From NCBI GenBank assembly GCA_965248695.1, contig CBDFKD010000002.1, forward strand, positions 5,536,001 to 5,600,000: a DNA stretch of 64,000 nucleotides, read 5' to 3'. Both the position numbers and the translations under genes were made by a program. How positions within the stretch are numbered: position 1 is the stretch's first letter; each line of letters begins with the position of its first letter. This document shows positions 28,676 to 38,393 of this stretch, in pieces. Below the pieces are notes generated by a model. The model made no database searches, had not been told where the DNA came from, and saw only the letters and a program-made list of their open reading frames with translations. This stretch comes from Acidobacteriota bacterium (GTDB lineage: Bacteria; Acidobacteriota; UBA890; WLXD01).

Positions 28676-28677
28676 GG

Positions 28678-29343
28678 TCAGCCCGAGGCGGCTGCGGCAC
28701 GGATGGCGCCGGCCGCGGCGATCGGGTCCGCTGCCTTGACGATCGCTGACCCCGCTACCAACACGGTGGCCCCGGCAACGACGCATTCACCAGCGTTGCT
28801 GGCGTCGACACCGCCGTCGACCTCGATATCCACGCCGGTAAGCCCGGCTTCGTCGAGGTAGCGGCGCACCGTGGCGATCTTCTCCACCGACGACGGCAGG
28901 AAGCTCTGACCTCCGTACCCGGGATTGACCGTCATCACGACGACGAAATCGCCCTCCTGCAGCGCGTACTCGAGTCCGACCGGTGAGGTCGCCGGATTGA
29001 GTGCCACGCCGGCGCGGGCTCCGCACTCCCGCACCTGACTGACGACGCGCTCCAAGTGGACGGTGGCCTCGGCGTGGACGCTGATCCAGTCAGCTCCGGC
29101 GGAGCGATAACTCTCTACCCAGGCGCCCGGATCCGACACCATGAGATGGACGTCGAGCGGCTTGGAGGTGCGCGGCCGCAAACCCTCGACAACGGCAGGC
29201 CCCATCGAGATATTGGGAACGAAGTGGCCATCCATAACGTCGACGTGGAACACATCGCAATGCTCGTCGAGACGTTCGACGGTCGTGGCCATATCGGTCT
29301 GATCGGCGGCCAGGAGCGACGGCGCTACCAGCAGGCGACTCAC
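28678..29343 (-). CDS. rpe: Ribulose-phosphate 3-epimerase
   Basis: HVDVMDGHFVPN, DVHLM, MTVNPGYGGQ, EVDGG. Confidence 0.96.
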   Translation of the reverse strand: MSRLLVAPSLLAADQTDMATTVERLDEHCDVFHVDVMDGHFVPNISMGPAVVEGLRPRTSKPLDVHLMVSDPGAWVESYRSAGADWISVHAEATVHLERVVSQVRECGARAGVALNPATSPVGLEYALQEGDFVVVMTVNPGYGGQSFLPSSVEKIATVRRYLDEAGLTGVDIEVDGGVDASNAGECVVAGATVLVAGSAIVKAADPIAAAGAIRAAAASG

Positions 29344-30068
29344 CGGCTCACCCGCAGCGTGATCTGGCCGCCAGCGGCGATCTTGAAGCCCGGGAACGGC
29401 AGCTGGCCGACGATGGTCCCGGGTGGGATGTTAGCCACCTCGCGACGATTGGGTTCCTCGCTCACCCGAAAGCCACGGGCCTCTAAGAAGGGACGCACCT
29501 CGCGCACTGGCAGCGACACCACATTGGCCATCACGTAGTAGCGCGTCGGCGGGCCTAGCGACGCCAGCAAGCGCAGCGGCAGCACCTCGCCGGGGGGCAG
29601 CTCGTCCGGATCGGGCTCCTGGCCGATGACCGTACCGCGGGGCACCTCTTGGCTTGGTGCCAGCGCCACATATTCGACCTCGAACCCTTGTTGCTGGAGC
29701 GCAATCTCGGCGCGCGACCGGGTCTCGCCCACCATCGACTGCAGCGTCAGCGCCCGCGGCCCAGTGGACAGCATCAGCCGCACGTTCCGTACCCGCTTCA
29801 CCGGCGTCCCCGAACCTGGATCCTGTCGCGCCACGTGATTGGCCGGGATCTCGGCCATCTCCATGAGGTCATCGTCCAGGTCGGCGTGCATGCCGACGGC
29901 AGCAAGTTGCGCCAAAGCAGCTTCTACGGAAAGACCGACCACGTCCGGCACACGGTCGGCGGGACCGCCAACGGCGATGCGCGTCGCCAGCCAGCCGCCT
30001 ACAACAAACAGCACGCCGCACACGGGCAACAGGATCGCAAGTCGCAGGACGGACGCGAATCGGGACAT
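29340..30068 (-). CDS. PASTA-domain protein
   Basis: N-terminal TM helix plus three VPDVVG...QxP repeats; usual position between rsmB and rpe. Confidence 0.85.
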   Translation of the reverse strand: MSRFASVLRLAILLPVCGVLFVVGGWLATRIAVGGPADRVPDVVGLSVEAALAQLAAVGMHADLDDDLMEMAEIPANHVARQDPGSGTPVKRVRNVRLMLSTGPRALTLQSMVGETRSRAEIALQQQGFEVEYVALAPSQEVPRGTVIGQEPDPDELPPGEVLPLRLLASLGPPTRYYVMANVVSLPVREVRPFLEARGFRVSEEPNRREVANIPPGTIVGQLPFPGFKIAAGGQITLRVSR

Positions 30069-30171
30069 CAGGGATGCCACGGAAGAGCGGGGTTTGCGGC
30101 GCAGGAGGCGCCCGGCGTGAAGTGTCCGCCAGCGCGTAGCCGGCAGGGCCGAGTATACCACGGCCGCCGCC

Positions 30172-31515
30172 TCACTTTCGGGACTCCCGGCGCAGCAGGA
30201 CGGCGAAAAACCCGTCCAGCCAGGGCATCGTCGGATAGGTGCGGAAGAAGCCGTCGTCCCCGATGGCGTCGACCGCGGGACCGCCCACCGCGGCGAGATC
30301 GAACGCCTCCGTTCGGACATCGCCGTGGGCGCCGACAACGGCAGCGATGACCGCCTCGTTCTCTTCTTCCTCCGTCGAGCAGGTGACATAGAGCAGCAGA
30401 CCGCCGGTCGCCAGCGTGGCTAGCGCCCGCGTCAGCAGCTGCCGCTGACGGCGGGCCAGGCCGGGTAGCCGATCTGCATCTAGGCGCCACTTGATCTCCG
30501 GATGCCGGCGGACGGTCCCGAGGCCCGAGCACGGGGCGTCGAGGAGGATCCGATCCACCCGACCCTGGACTGGCAAGGTGGCCGTCAGGTCTGCACACGC
30601 CGGCAACACCTCGGGTGTGCCGGCACGCGATGCAGCGGCGGTCGTGTCGGCCAGGCTACGGGGCTCAATGTCGAGCGCCAGCACTCCAGCGGCCCCGGAC
30701 TCGGCGAGCTGAATCGATTTCCCGCCGCGACCGGCGCAGGCATCGATCGTCCAGCCGGCGCCCGGCGGGAGCAAGCCGGTGACCATCTGCGCGGCCTCGC
30801 TCCGTGGTGTGACAAGGCCCTGGTGCACCGCATCGCAGCCGGCGAGCGAACCGGCAGTGACACGGATGCAATGGTCCAGGGTCGGACTGGGCTCGGCCTC
30901 GATTCCGGCCGCTTCCAGCTGCTCCAGGGCCTGCGGCGTCGACACCACCCGACGGTGCACCCGCAGCGCACGCGGCGCCGGCTCGAGCGCCGCCTGCCAC
31001 CAGGCCTCGGCGGCCGGCTCACCGTGGCGACGGATCCAGCGGGCCGCTAGCCAGGGCGGAATGTCGAGCCGAGCGGCCAGCGAACCGTCGCCCGGGTCGA
31101 CCGTGGCGCCGGCGCGCAACCAGGCCCTGAGCACCCCGTTGACGAGTCCGGCCGCCCTTCGTCTACGCTGCTTCAGCGCCTCGACGGTGGCGAAGACGGC
31201 GGCATGCGGTGGCACCGAGCGCAGGAAAGCGCACTGATATGCGGCCAGCCGCAGCGCGCAGCGCACCACCGGCTCCAAACGACCCCACGGCTGGTTGCAA
31301 TGCCGCGCCAGCGTGCGGTCCAGCGTCGCCTGTCGACGCAGGGGACCGTAGACGATCTCGGTTGCCAGCCGTCGATCCCGATCCCCGAGCGCCGATGCAG
31401 ACAGCGCAATATCCAGCAGACGGTCACTGCGCCCGCCACGTTCGACTCCCACGAGCACCCCCAACGCCAGCTCGCGGCACGCCACGCCGAGCGCCTCGCG
31501 CCCCATGGCGCTCAA
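30172..31515 (-). CDS. rsmB: 16S rRNA m5C967 methyltransferase
   Basis: NusB-like N-terminus, DACAGRGGK, DAPCSGLG, YVTCS. Confidence 0.92.
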   Translation of the reverse strand: MSAMGREALGVACRELALGVLVGVERGGRSDRLLDIALSASALGDRDRRLATEIVYGPLRRQATLDRTLARHCNQPWGRLEPVVRCALRLAAYQCAFLRSVPPHAAVFATVEALKQRRRRAAGLVNGVLRAWLRAGATVDPGDGSLAARLDIPPWLAARWIRRHGEPAAEAWWQAALEPAPRALRVHRRVVSTPQALEQLEAAGIEAEPSPTLDHCIRVTAGSLAGCDAVHQGLVTPRSEAAQMVTGLLPPGAGWTIDACAGRGGKSIQLAESGAAGVLALDIEPRSLADTTAAASRAGTPEVLPACADLTATLPVQGRVDRILLDAPCSGLGTVRRHPEIKWRLDADRLPGLARRQRQLLTRALATLATGGLLLYVTCSTEEEENEAVIAAVVGAHGDVRTEAFDLAAVGGPAVDAIGDDGFFRTYPTMPWLDGFFAVLLRRESRK

Positions 31516-32486
31516 CTCGACGGAGCCTCGCCGAAACGCTCGCCGGGCACGACGGCGAACCCGCGCACGAACTCCATCGGCGGCAGGCGACGTCCCCCGG
31601 CCCGTTGCAGCTCGAGCAACTGCAAACTCTCACCGTCGCCACAGCCCACCAGCAGAGCGTCGGCGCGGACTTCAATCTCGCCGGGTTGCAGCGCGCTCGG
31701 CGGCCCGATCTCAGCTCGCCACACCTGAAGCCGCGTACCACGCAACTCGGAGAAAGCAGCCGGCCAGGGGTTCATGGCGCGCACGTGTCGATGAATGTGC
31801 TGCGCGCTCCGATCCCACTCGATGCGCCCGTCGGACTTGCGCAACAAGCGCGTCACGGTTGCCGCGGACTCGTCCTGAGGCAGGGGGTCGAGACGCCCGT
31901 CCGCCAGCCCACGCACCGTGCGTGAAGCCAGTGACGCGCCGACCCCCGCAAGGCGATCGCCGAGGGATGCGACCGTGTCGTCGACGCCTACCGCTACCTC
32001 CGTCTGCAGCAGGATCGGACCGGTATCGAGGCCCTCGTCCATCAGCATCGTGGTCACCCCGGTGACCACATCGCCGGCGAGAATCGCACCCTGGATCGGG
32101 GTGGCACCGCGATGACGGGGCAGCAGCGAAACGTGCACGTTGACACAACCGTGGCGCGGCAACTGCAGAATCGCCGGCGGCAGGATGAGACCATAGGCGA
32201 ATACGACGATGACGTCCGGGAGGTAGGCGCGGATTGCTTCGCTGGCCGCGGAATCACGTAGGGTTGCCGGCTGCTCGACGGCGACTCCGTGGTCAGCTGC
32301 CCAGGCCTTCACCGGCGACATCACCGGCAGTCGTCCGCGACCGGCGCGCCGATCCGGCTGCGTGGCGACGCCCACCACGTGCTCGATATCGGCCAGCGTT
32401 GCGAGCGTAGGCACCGCGATCGCGGGCGTGCCCATGAAGAAGACTCGTAGGCCGGCGGGCGGCCCGGCACTACCACTCTCCGGCAC
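31512..32486 (-). CDS. fmt: Methionyl-tRNA formyltransferase
   Basis: FMGTP, NVHVSLLPRHRGATPI, DEGLDTGP. Confidence 0.96.
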   Translation of the reverse strand: MPESGSAGPPAGLRVFFMGTPAIAVPTLATLADIEHVVGVATQPDRRAGRGRLPVMSPVKAWAADHGVAVEQPATLRDSAASEAIRAYLPDVIVVFAYGLILPPAILQLPRHGCVNVHVSLLPRHRGATPIQGAILAGDVVTGVTTMLMDEGLDTGPILLQTEVAVGVDDTVASLGDRLAGVGASLASRTVRGLADGRLDPLPQDESAATVTRLLRKSDGRIEWDRSAQHIHRHVRAMNPWPAAFSELRGTRLQVWRAEIGPPSALQPGEIEVRADALLVGCGDGESLQLLELQRAGGRRLPPMEFVRGFAVVPGERFGEAPSS

Positions 32487-32982
32487 GAATCTTCTTCTGG
32501 ATCTTGCGCCGGGCCAGGTCTCGTTTCAGTGGCGAAACGCGCCGGAGGAACAGCACGCCGTCGAGATGATCAATCTCGTGATGCAGGCATCGCGCCAACA
32601 ACTCGTCCGCCTCCATACGGAAAGACTCGCCGTCGAGATCCTGTGCCTCGACCACGATCTGCTCCGGGCGTGGCACGATCAGCGTCAGGTCGGGAAACGA
32701 CAGACAACCCTCATCCTCGCTGACGCTGCCGCTCTCGGCCACAACGACCGGGTTCACCAGCACCAGGAGTTGGTCGGGTTCGGCGCCGGCCGACAGATCG
32801 ATCACTGAGAGACGCTCGGAGCGACCGATCTGAGGTGCCGCTAGACCGATGCCGGGAGCCGCATGCATCGTCGCCGTCATGTCGTCGGCCAGAGCTCGCA
32901 GCTCGTCATCGAAGCACTCGACGACTTCGGTGGGCTTTTCAAGGCGTGGGTCGGGATACTTGAGGATGGTGAGAAGGGCCAT
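32470..32982 (-). CDS. def: Peptide deformylase
   Basis: GIGLAAPQIG, EGCLS, HEIDHLDG. Confidence 0.97.
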   Translation of the reverse strand: MALLTILKYPDPRLEKPTEVVECFDDELRALADDMTATMHAAPGIGLAAPQIGRSERLSVIDLSAGAEPDQLLVLVNPVVVAESGSVSEDEGCLSFPDLTLIVPRPEQIVVEAQDLDGESFRMEADELLARCLHHEIDHLDGVLFLRRVSPLKRDLARRKIQKKIRAGEW

Positions 32983-33016
32983 TGCTCGTGACCGGGTCGG
33001 GGCAACAGGAGGCCTC

Positions 33017-33026
33017 AGGATACCAT
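33017..33026. promoter_or_regulatory. Bidirectional -10 element between def and truA
   Basis: AGGATACCAT = TACCAT (+) and TGnTATCCT (-) sharing one TA. Confidence 0.55.
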
Positions 33027-33032
33027 CGCCTC

Positions 33033-33773
33033 ATGCGACTGAAGCTCACGCTTGCCTACGTCGGAACGGCCTATGCAGGTTGGCAACGCCAGCCCGAATC
33101 GCCGACCATACAGGCCAGCCTCGAGGAGGCCGCGGCGCCGATCGCGGGTGCCGCCACAACGGTTGCCGGCGCCAGTCGAACCGATGCCGGGGTGCACGCA
33201 CGCGGCCAGGTGGGCCACTTCGATACCGACCTCGAGCGATCGCCCGAGGTGCTTCTGGCGGCTCTTAATGCGCGTTTGCCGCGCGATATACGAGTGCTGG
33301 AATGCGGTGTCGCATCTGACACGTTCCACGCCCGCCACTCGGCGGTCGAGAAGCTCTACGCGTACAGGATCGACAATCGACCGGTGGCATCTCCGTTCCG
33401 GGCACCGTACGCGTGGCATGTAGCTGCCAGGCTCGATCTGGCGGCGATGCAGCGGGCCGCTGAGCATCTTCACGGCCCCCTGGACCAGCGCGCGTTCTCC
33501 ACCCAGCCGGTCGACGGCGGCCGCCCCGACCGCCCCCTCGAATCGATCAGCGTGGAGGGCGAACCGGATATCGTGATCCGCGTCTGTGGCCGCAGCTTCC
33601 TGAGGTACGCCGTGCGCGGAATGGTCGGAACGCTGGTCGAAGTGGGCCTCGGCCGACGGCGTCCGAGCGATCTCGCAAAGCTGGCGCGATCCGGCGATCG
33701 TGCCTCCGCCGGCGCCACCGCACCGGCCCACGGACTGTGCCTGGAGGCGGTGCGCTACGAGGCTGGCGCCTAG
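33033..33773 (+). CDS. truA: tRNA pseudouridine(38-40) synthase
   Basis: GWQRQ, ASRTDAGVHARGQ, FHARHSA, TAPAHGLCL. Confidence 0.95.
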   Translation: MRLKLTLAYVGTAYAGWQRQPESPTIQASLEEAAAPIAGAATTVAGASRTDAGVHARGQVGHFDTDLERSPEVLLAALNARLPRDIRVLECGVASDTFHARHSAVEKLYAYRIDNRPVASPFRAPYAWHVAARLDLAAMQRAAEHLHGPLDQRAFSTQPVDGGRPDRPLESISVEGEPDIVIRVCGRSFLRYAVRGMVGTLVEVGLGRRRPSDLAKLARSGDRASAGATAPAHGLCLEAVRYEAGA

Positions 33774-33832
33774 CGCGGCCGGCCGAGGAAGGCGGTACAC
33801 TCACCATCTCCACTACCGCGCGAGCGACCGCC

Positions 33833-34849
33833 ATGTCGATGTACGTCTTGGTCACGGGAGGCGCCGGCTACGTCGGCGCCAACGTTGTTCGCGCGTTGAT
33901 CGATGCCGAGCATCGCGTATGCGTGCTAGACGACCTGTCGTCGGGACACCGCGCCGCACTGCCCGCCGACGTCGAGCTCATCGTCGGTACCTGCGGCGAC
34001 CGCGCGGCGCTCGACGCGGTGCCCCAGCGACCCGATGGCGTGATGCACATGGCGGCGAGATGCTCGGTGGCGGAGTCGATGCAGAATCCGCGCGCCTACT
34101 ACGACGTCAACCTCGGGCAGAGCATCGTCTTGCTGGATTGGATGGTGGATCGCAGCATCGGCTGGGTGGTGCATTCGTCGACCGCCGCGGTGTACGGGAC
34201 ACCGGACCGTATCCCCATCGACGAGTCCACGCCGACGAGACCGATCAATGCGTACGGGGCTACCAAGCTGGCGGTCGATCGTGCCATCGGCTACTACGCT
34301 GGCGCCTACGGGCTGCGCGGCATCGCGCTGCGCTATTTCAACGCCGCCGGGGCGCAACCGGACGGGTCGCTCGGCGAGGACAAGACCCCGGCCAGCAACC
34401 TCGTACCGAACGTGCTGGCGGTCGCCGGGGGCAGGAAGGAAGCGGTCACCGTTTACGGCAACGACTACGACACCATCGACGGCAGCGCGCTGCGCGACTA
34501 CATCCACGTATGCGATCTTGCAGCCGCCCACGTCGCTGCCATGCGGAGTATGGAATCCGTAGACGGTAGCGCTGTGTTCAACCTCGGTACCGAGAACGGC
34601 TCGACCGTCATGCAGGTCATCGAGGCAGCCCGCGAGGTGACCGGCCACCCGATCCCCGTAACACCCGCGCCGAACCGACCGGGGGACCCGCCGGCGCTGG
34701 TGGCGGCCTCGTCTCGTGCTCGCGACGAGCTCGGCTGGCGCCCCCGCCGCTCGGACCTGAAGACGCTGCTGGGCGACGCGTGGGCATGGCATCGCTCGCA
34801 CCCTGCTGGCTACGCGGTGGAACCCGCGCAGAAGCGACAACTCGAATGA
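33833..34849 (+). CDS. galE: UDP-glucose 4-epimerase
   Basis: VTGGAGYVG, SSTAAVYG, YGATK, RYFNAAGA, RDYIHV. Confidence 0.92.
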   Translation: MSMYVLVTGGAGYVGANVVRALIDAEHRVCVLDDLSSGHRAALPADVELIVGTCGDRAALDAVPQRPDGVMHMAARCSVAESMQNPRAYYDVNLGQSIVLLDWMVDRSIGWVVHSSTAAVYGTPDRIPIDESTPTRPINAYGATKLAVDRAIGYYAGAYGLRGIALRYFNAAGAQPDGSLGEDKTPASNLVPNVLAVAGGRKEAVTVYGNDYDTIDGSALRDYIHVCDLAAAHVAAMRSMESVDGSAVFNLGTENGSTVMQVIEAAREVTGHPIPVTPAPNRPGDPPALVAASSRARDELGWRPRRSDLKTLLGDAWAWHRSHPAGYAVEPAQKRQLE

Positions 34850-35637
34850 AGCGCCTCGCGACTGCCGCAGTGATCATCGCCTTACTGCTGGCAGTGCTGC
34901 GCCTCCCCTGGCAGGCGTTCGCCCTCATGATGGCGACCGTGTTGCTGCTGGCATGGAGCGAGTACGCGCGCCTGATCCGCGATCTCGGCGGGTCACCGGC
35001 CTCCCTGGTCGGCGCTGTGGTGGCGCTCGGATGCGCCCTGTCATTCGGGTTGTCGAGCCCGGGTGCCCCCCTACCCTGGCTCCTTCTGGGCATCGTGGCT
35101 GCAACGGTCGCCTGCCTACGCCTCGGTTACACCGAGCCGACGAGGTTCGTCGGATCCCTGGCCGCGACGCTCTGCGGCATTGTCTGGTTAGGGCTGTTGG
35201 CCGGCGCCCACATCGGCGTGCGCCGCCTGCCGGACGGGGCTACGTGGCTACTGTTCGTCTACGCTGCGGTGGCGGTCGGAGACTCCGCGGCGCTGTACGG
35301 TGGCACCGCCTTCGGGCGTCGGAAGCTGGCGCCGTTCCTGTCGCCGAACAAGACGATCGAGGGGACCGTTTCAGGGATCGCTGGCAGCGCCGCCGCCGGA
35401 GCCGTTGTCGGGATGTGGCTGCCGGTGACAAATATGCAGGCGGTGGGGTTGGCGGTGCTGCTCGGGGCAACCGGACAGGTTGGCGATCTGATGGAGTCGG
35501 CGCTCAAGCGGGCGGCCGGGGTCAAGGATTCCTCGACGTTGCTACCCGGGCACGGCGGCGTGCTCGACCGCATCGATTCCCACCTTCCGGCGGGCGCCGT
35601 TCTCTACCTCGTGTTGACCGCTGGATGGCTCCGGTAG
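34846..35637 (+). CDS. cdsA: Phosphatidate cytidylyltransferase
   Basis: SPNKTIEG, GDLMESALKR, VKDSSTLLPGHGGVLDRIDS. Confidence 0.95.
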   Translation: MKRLATAAVIIALLLAVLRLPWQAFALMMATVLLLAWSEYARLIRDLGGSPASLVGAVVALGCALSFGLSSPGAPLPWLLLGIVAATVACLRLGYTEPTRFVGSLAATLCGIVWLGLLAGAHIGVRRLPDGATWLLFVYAAVAVGDSAALYGGTAFGRRKLAPFLSPNKTIEGTVSGIAGSAAAGAVVGMWLPVTNMQAVGLAVLLGATGQVGDLMESALKRAAGVKDSSTLLPGHGGVLDRIDSHLPAGAVLYLVLTAGWLR

Positions 35638-35734
35638 GCCGCTCACGCGAGTGACCGTGCGCTGATCGTCTGACGCCTGCTACTGTAAAGTTCCTCCCGT
35701 CGGCTGCTCGCTTCGCTTTCTCCACAAGGGTTCC

Positions 35735-37078
35735 ATGCTCGACGTCGCTGTAAACACTCTGGCGCTCCTGTTCGTGCTCGGCGTGCTCATTTTTGTGCAC
35801 GAGCTCGGCCACTTCCTGGTGGCGAAGTACTTCGGCGTCGGCGTCGAGGTGTTCTCGCTCGGCTTCGGCAAGCGCGTTGCCGGATTCCGGCGCGGTGATA
35901 CCGACTACCGTCTCAGCCTGCTGCCGCTGGGCGGCTACGTGAAGATGGTTGGCGAGAACCCCGACGAGGATCTCACCGGCGCCGAAAACGAGTACCTGGG
36001 CAAGCCGAAATGGCAACGCTTCCTGGTGCTGCTGGCCGGGCCGGTGATGAACATCGCCCTGGCGTTCATCCTCACCGTGGGCTACTACCAACTCGGCATC
36101 CGTGTCCCGGCGGATGCCAACGACCCGGTCGTCATTGGCCTGGTGCAGGCCGACTCCCCCGCCGCCGCCGCCGGACTCCTGCCCGGAGATCGCGTCGTAC
36201 GCGTCGACGGCGAAGACATGCCGAACTGGGAGCAGTTCCGCGTCCGGATCCTCATCTCCGCCAATCAGACGATCAGCCTCGGAGTCGTTCGCGGTCGAGC
36301 AGAGATCGACGTGCCGATAACGCCGATGTCTTCCGGCGAACAGGGTACCGGCCTGATCGGCGTGACCGCTCCGGTTCCGCCCGAAGTGGGACCGGTCGCG
36401 GACGCGGGGATGGCCGCCGACGCCGGGTTGCAGCCCGGTGACCTGATCGTCGGAATCGACGGCGAGCTCATCTCCCATTGGAACCGCCTCGTCGAGCTGT
36501 TGAGCAACGGCGCCGGCCAGCAGTTGATGCTGTCGGTGGATCGAGCCGGTAGTCGCTTCGAGACGACGCTGACCCCGAGCGTCACCGACAACGACGTGCT
36601 CGACGTCGGCTTCGTTCCCAATCCAGACAACTTCTTCGAGGTGCGCAGTTATCCGCTGGGCCAGGCGATGGTGGAGGCGGGAAGAGAGCTGCGCAGGCAA
36701 TCCGTACTGCTGGGGGAGATCCTCAAACGTCTGTTCACCGGTCGCATGTCGGTGCGAACGCTGTCGGGACCGATCGAGATCGCGCGCTTCTCGGGCAACG
36801 CCACCCGCACTGGAGACCCATCGGTGGTGATGTCGTTCATGGCCTTCATCAGCCTGCAGCTGGGCATTCTGAACCTGCTGCCGATCGCCGTGCTCGACGG
36901 CGGACAGATCGCCTTGATTCTCTTCGAGGGCGCCATCCGACGCGACCTGTCGCTCCAGGTCAAGGAGCGCATCATGCAGGTGGGCCTGGTGATCCTGGTG
37001 TCGCTGATGGCGGTAGTGCTGACCCTTGACGTCAGCAAGGCGATTCCCGATTCGTGGCTGGCCTGGTTGCCGTTCTGA
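35735..37078 (+). CDS. rseP: RIP metalloprotease RseP
   Basis: HELGH, two PDZ domains, NLLPIAVLDGG. Confidence 0.96.
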   Translation: MLDVAVNTLALLFVLGVLIFVHELGHFLVAKYFGVGVEVFSLGFGKRVAGFRRGDTDYRLSLLPLGGYVKMVGENPDEDLTGAENEYLGKPKWQRFLVLLAGPVMNIALAFILTVGYYQLGIRVPADANDPVVIGLVQADSPAAAAGLLPGDRVVRVDGEDMPNWEQFRVRILISANQTISLGVVRGRAEIDVPITPMSSGEQGTGLIGVTAPVPPEVGPVADAGMAADAGLQPGDLIVGIDGELISHWNRLVELLSNGAGQQLMLSVDRAGSRFETTLTPSVTDNDVLDVGFVPNPDNFFEVRSYPLGQAMVEAGRELRRQSVLLGEILKRLFTGRMSVRTLSGPIEIARFSGNATRTGDPSVVMSFMAFISLQLGILNLLPIAVLDGGQIALILFEGAIRRDLSLQVKERIMQVGLVILVSLMAVVLTLDVSKAIPDSWLAWLPF

Positions 37079-37190
37079 GCCCGTCGCAGGTCCGCGGCGC
37101 CGGGATCCGGAATCGGAACTTACGGCGGCGGCGCCACGTAACCTCAGGTACCGGTCCACTCTCGAGATCGGCCCGAAACGGAGAGTCCTC

Positions 37191-37922
37191 ATGAAGATAA
37201 CCGTTGAGCATCGGCCGTCGTACGCACTCGGAATCGTCGAGCTGGAGGCGGGCGAGTCGGTAAAGGCGGAGACCGGGGCTATGGTCTCCATGAGCGGCAA
37301 CGTGCAGGTGGAGAGCGGCGTCCAGGGCGGCCTGCTGAAGGGCGCGATGCGCAAGGTGTTCGGCGGCGAATCGTTCTTCGTGAACACGTTCACGGCCGCA
37401 GGAGCCGCCGGCCACGTGACGTTCGCTCCCAGCTTGCCGGGCGACGTCGTCGATCACCTGGTCGAGGGGGATCTGTACGTCCAATCGGGCTCCTACCTTG
37501 CCGGCGACCCGGGGGTCGAGACCGACATCAAGTGGGGGGGCGCGCGCGCGTTCTTCGCCTCCGAGGGTCTGTTCCTGCTGCACCTGAAGGGGGCCGGCCA
37601 CGTTCTACTGAGCTCTTTCGGCGCCATTCACAAGGTGCCGGTCGACACCTCTCAGAGCCTGGTCATCGACACCGGCCACATCGTTGCCTTCGACTCCTCG
37701 TTGCAGTGGAAAGTGCGCAAGGTCTCTGGGATCTTCACCTCGCTGATCTCCGGGGAGGGGCTCGTAGCCGAGTTCTCCGGCACCGGCAACGTCTACCTGC
37801 AGACGCGATCCAACCAGGCGTTCCTCGACTGGTTGTTGCCCAGATTGCCGACGGCGCGCGCTTCGAGTGGGGGGCGCGGGGGTATCGGCGGCATTATCGG
37901 GAACGTCCTCGGGGGGCGTTAG
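37191..37922 (+). CDS. TIGR00266/AIM24 family protein
   Basis: ETGAMVSM, GGESFFVNTF, IDTGHIVAF, SGEGLV, YLQTR. Confidence 0.9.
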   Translation: MKITVEHRPSYALGIVELEAGESVKAETGAMVSMSGNVQVESGVQGGLLKGAMRKVFGGESFFVNTFTAAGAAGHVTFAPSLPGDVVDHLVEGDLYVQSGSYLAGDPGVETDIKWGGARAFFASEGLFLLHLKGAGHVLLSSFGAIHKVPVDTSQSLVIDTGHIVAFDSSLQWKVRKVSGIFTSLISGEGLVAEFSGTGNVYLQTRSNQAFLDWLLPRLPTARASSGGRGGIGGIIGNVLGGR

Positions 37923-38198
37923 TCCGCGGTCGAAGAGCGGAGCGGCACCGACGGAGGGCTCGTTCCGGCTTGTGTTCGACGATTGTTGCCACTTCCCCCA
38001 CCGGAGTCCTTCTGGAGGATTGGGACCTTCCGTCGACTGGGTGCTGCTCGTCCTGCAACGCGGAGATCGAACGGTCGATGAGGGGTGAGAAGATCAACCT
38101 CGCTCGCGCGGGACGTTCCGCCAGCAGAATCAAGTCGAATCGATCTCGGTCCTACCCCCAACTCGACAGTTCTTCAGCCGGTGAAGCTCGGAGCTAAT

Positions 38199-38379
38199 GC
38201 GGCGCGGAGCGCGGTGAGGGGGCTCGTGGGGGATCAGCCACCGATGTCCAGGCGCCGAGAGGCGGAAGACCCCCGTCTCACGCCGCCGCCGTTGCTTCCG
38301 TCGGGGGGCTTCCAACCCAGGCCGCACACCACGGTGCAGCCAGCGCCCCCGAGAGCCCCCTCACCGCGCTCCGCGCCGC
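38199..38379. repeat. 181-nt element closed by a perfect 27-bp inverted repeat (structured RNA or MITE)
   Basis: 38199-38225 is the exact reverse complement of 38353-38379; the interior also self-pairs. Confidence 0.8.
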
Positions 38380-38393
38380 CTACCTCAGCCGCT

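Noticed and set aside
35522-37393. 623-aa minus-strand ORF
   Set aside because: Antisense shadow of rseP and the AIM24 gene.
37923-38197. Small Cys-containing ORF after the AIM24 gene
   Set aside because: No convincing start, RBS or codon bias; several frames are equally open.
38199-38379. Calling the rod-like element 6S or SRP RNA
   Set aside because: It lacks the SRP CAGG..GNRA..AGCA symmetric loop and the usual 6S internal motifs and gene context, so it is left unassigned.
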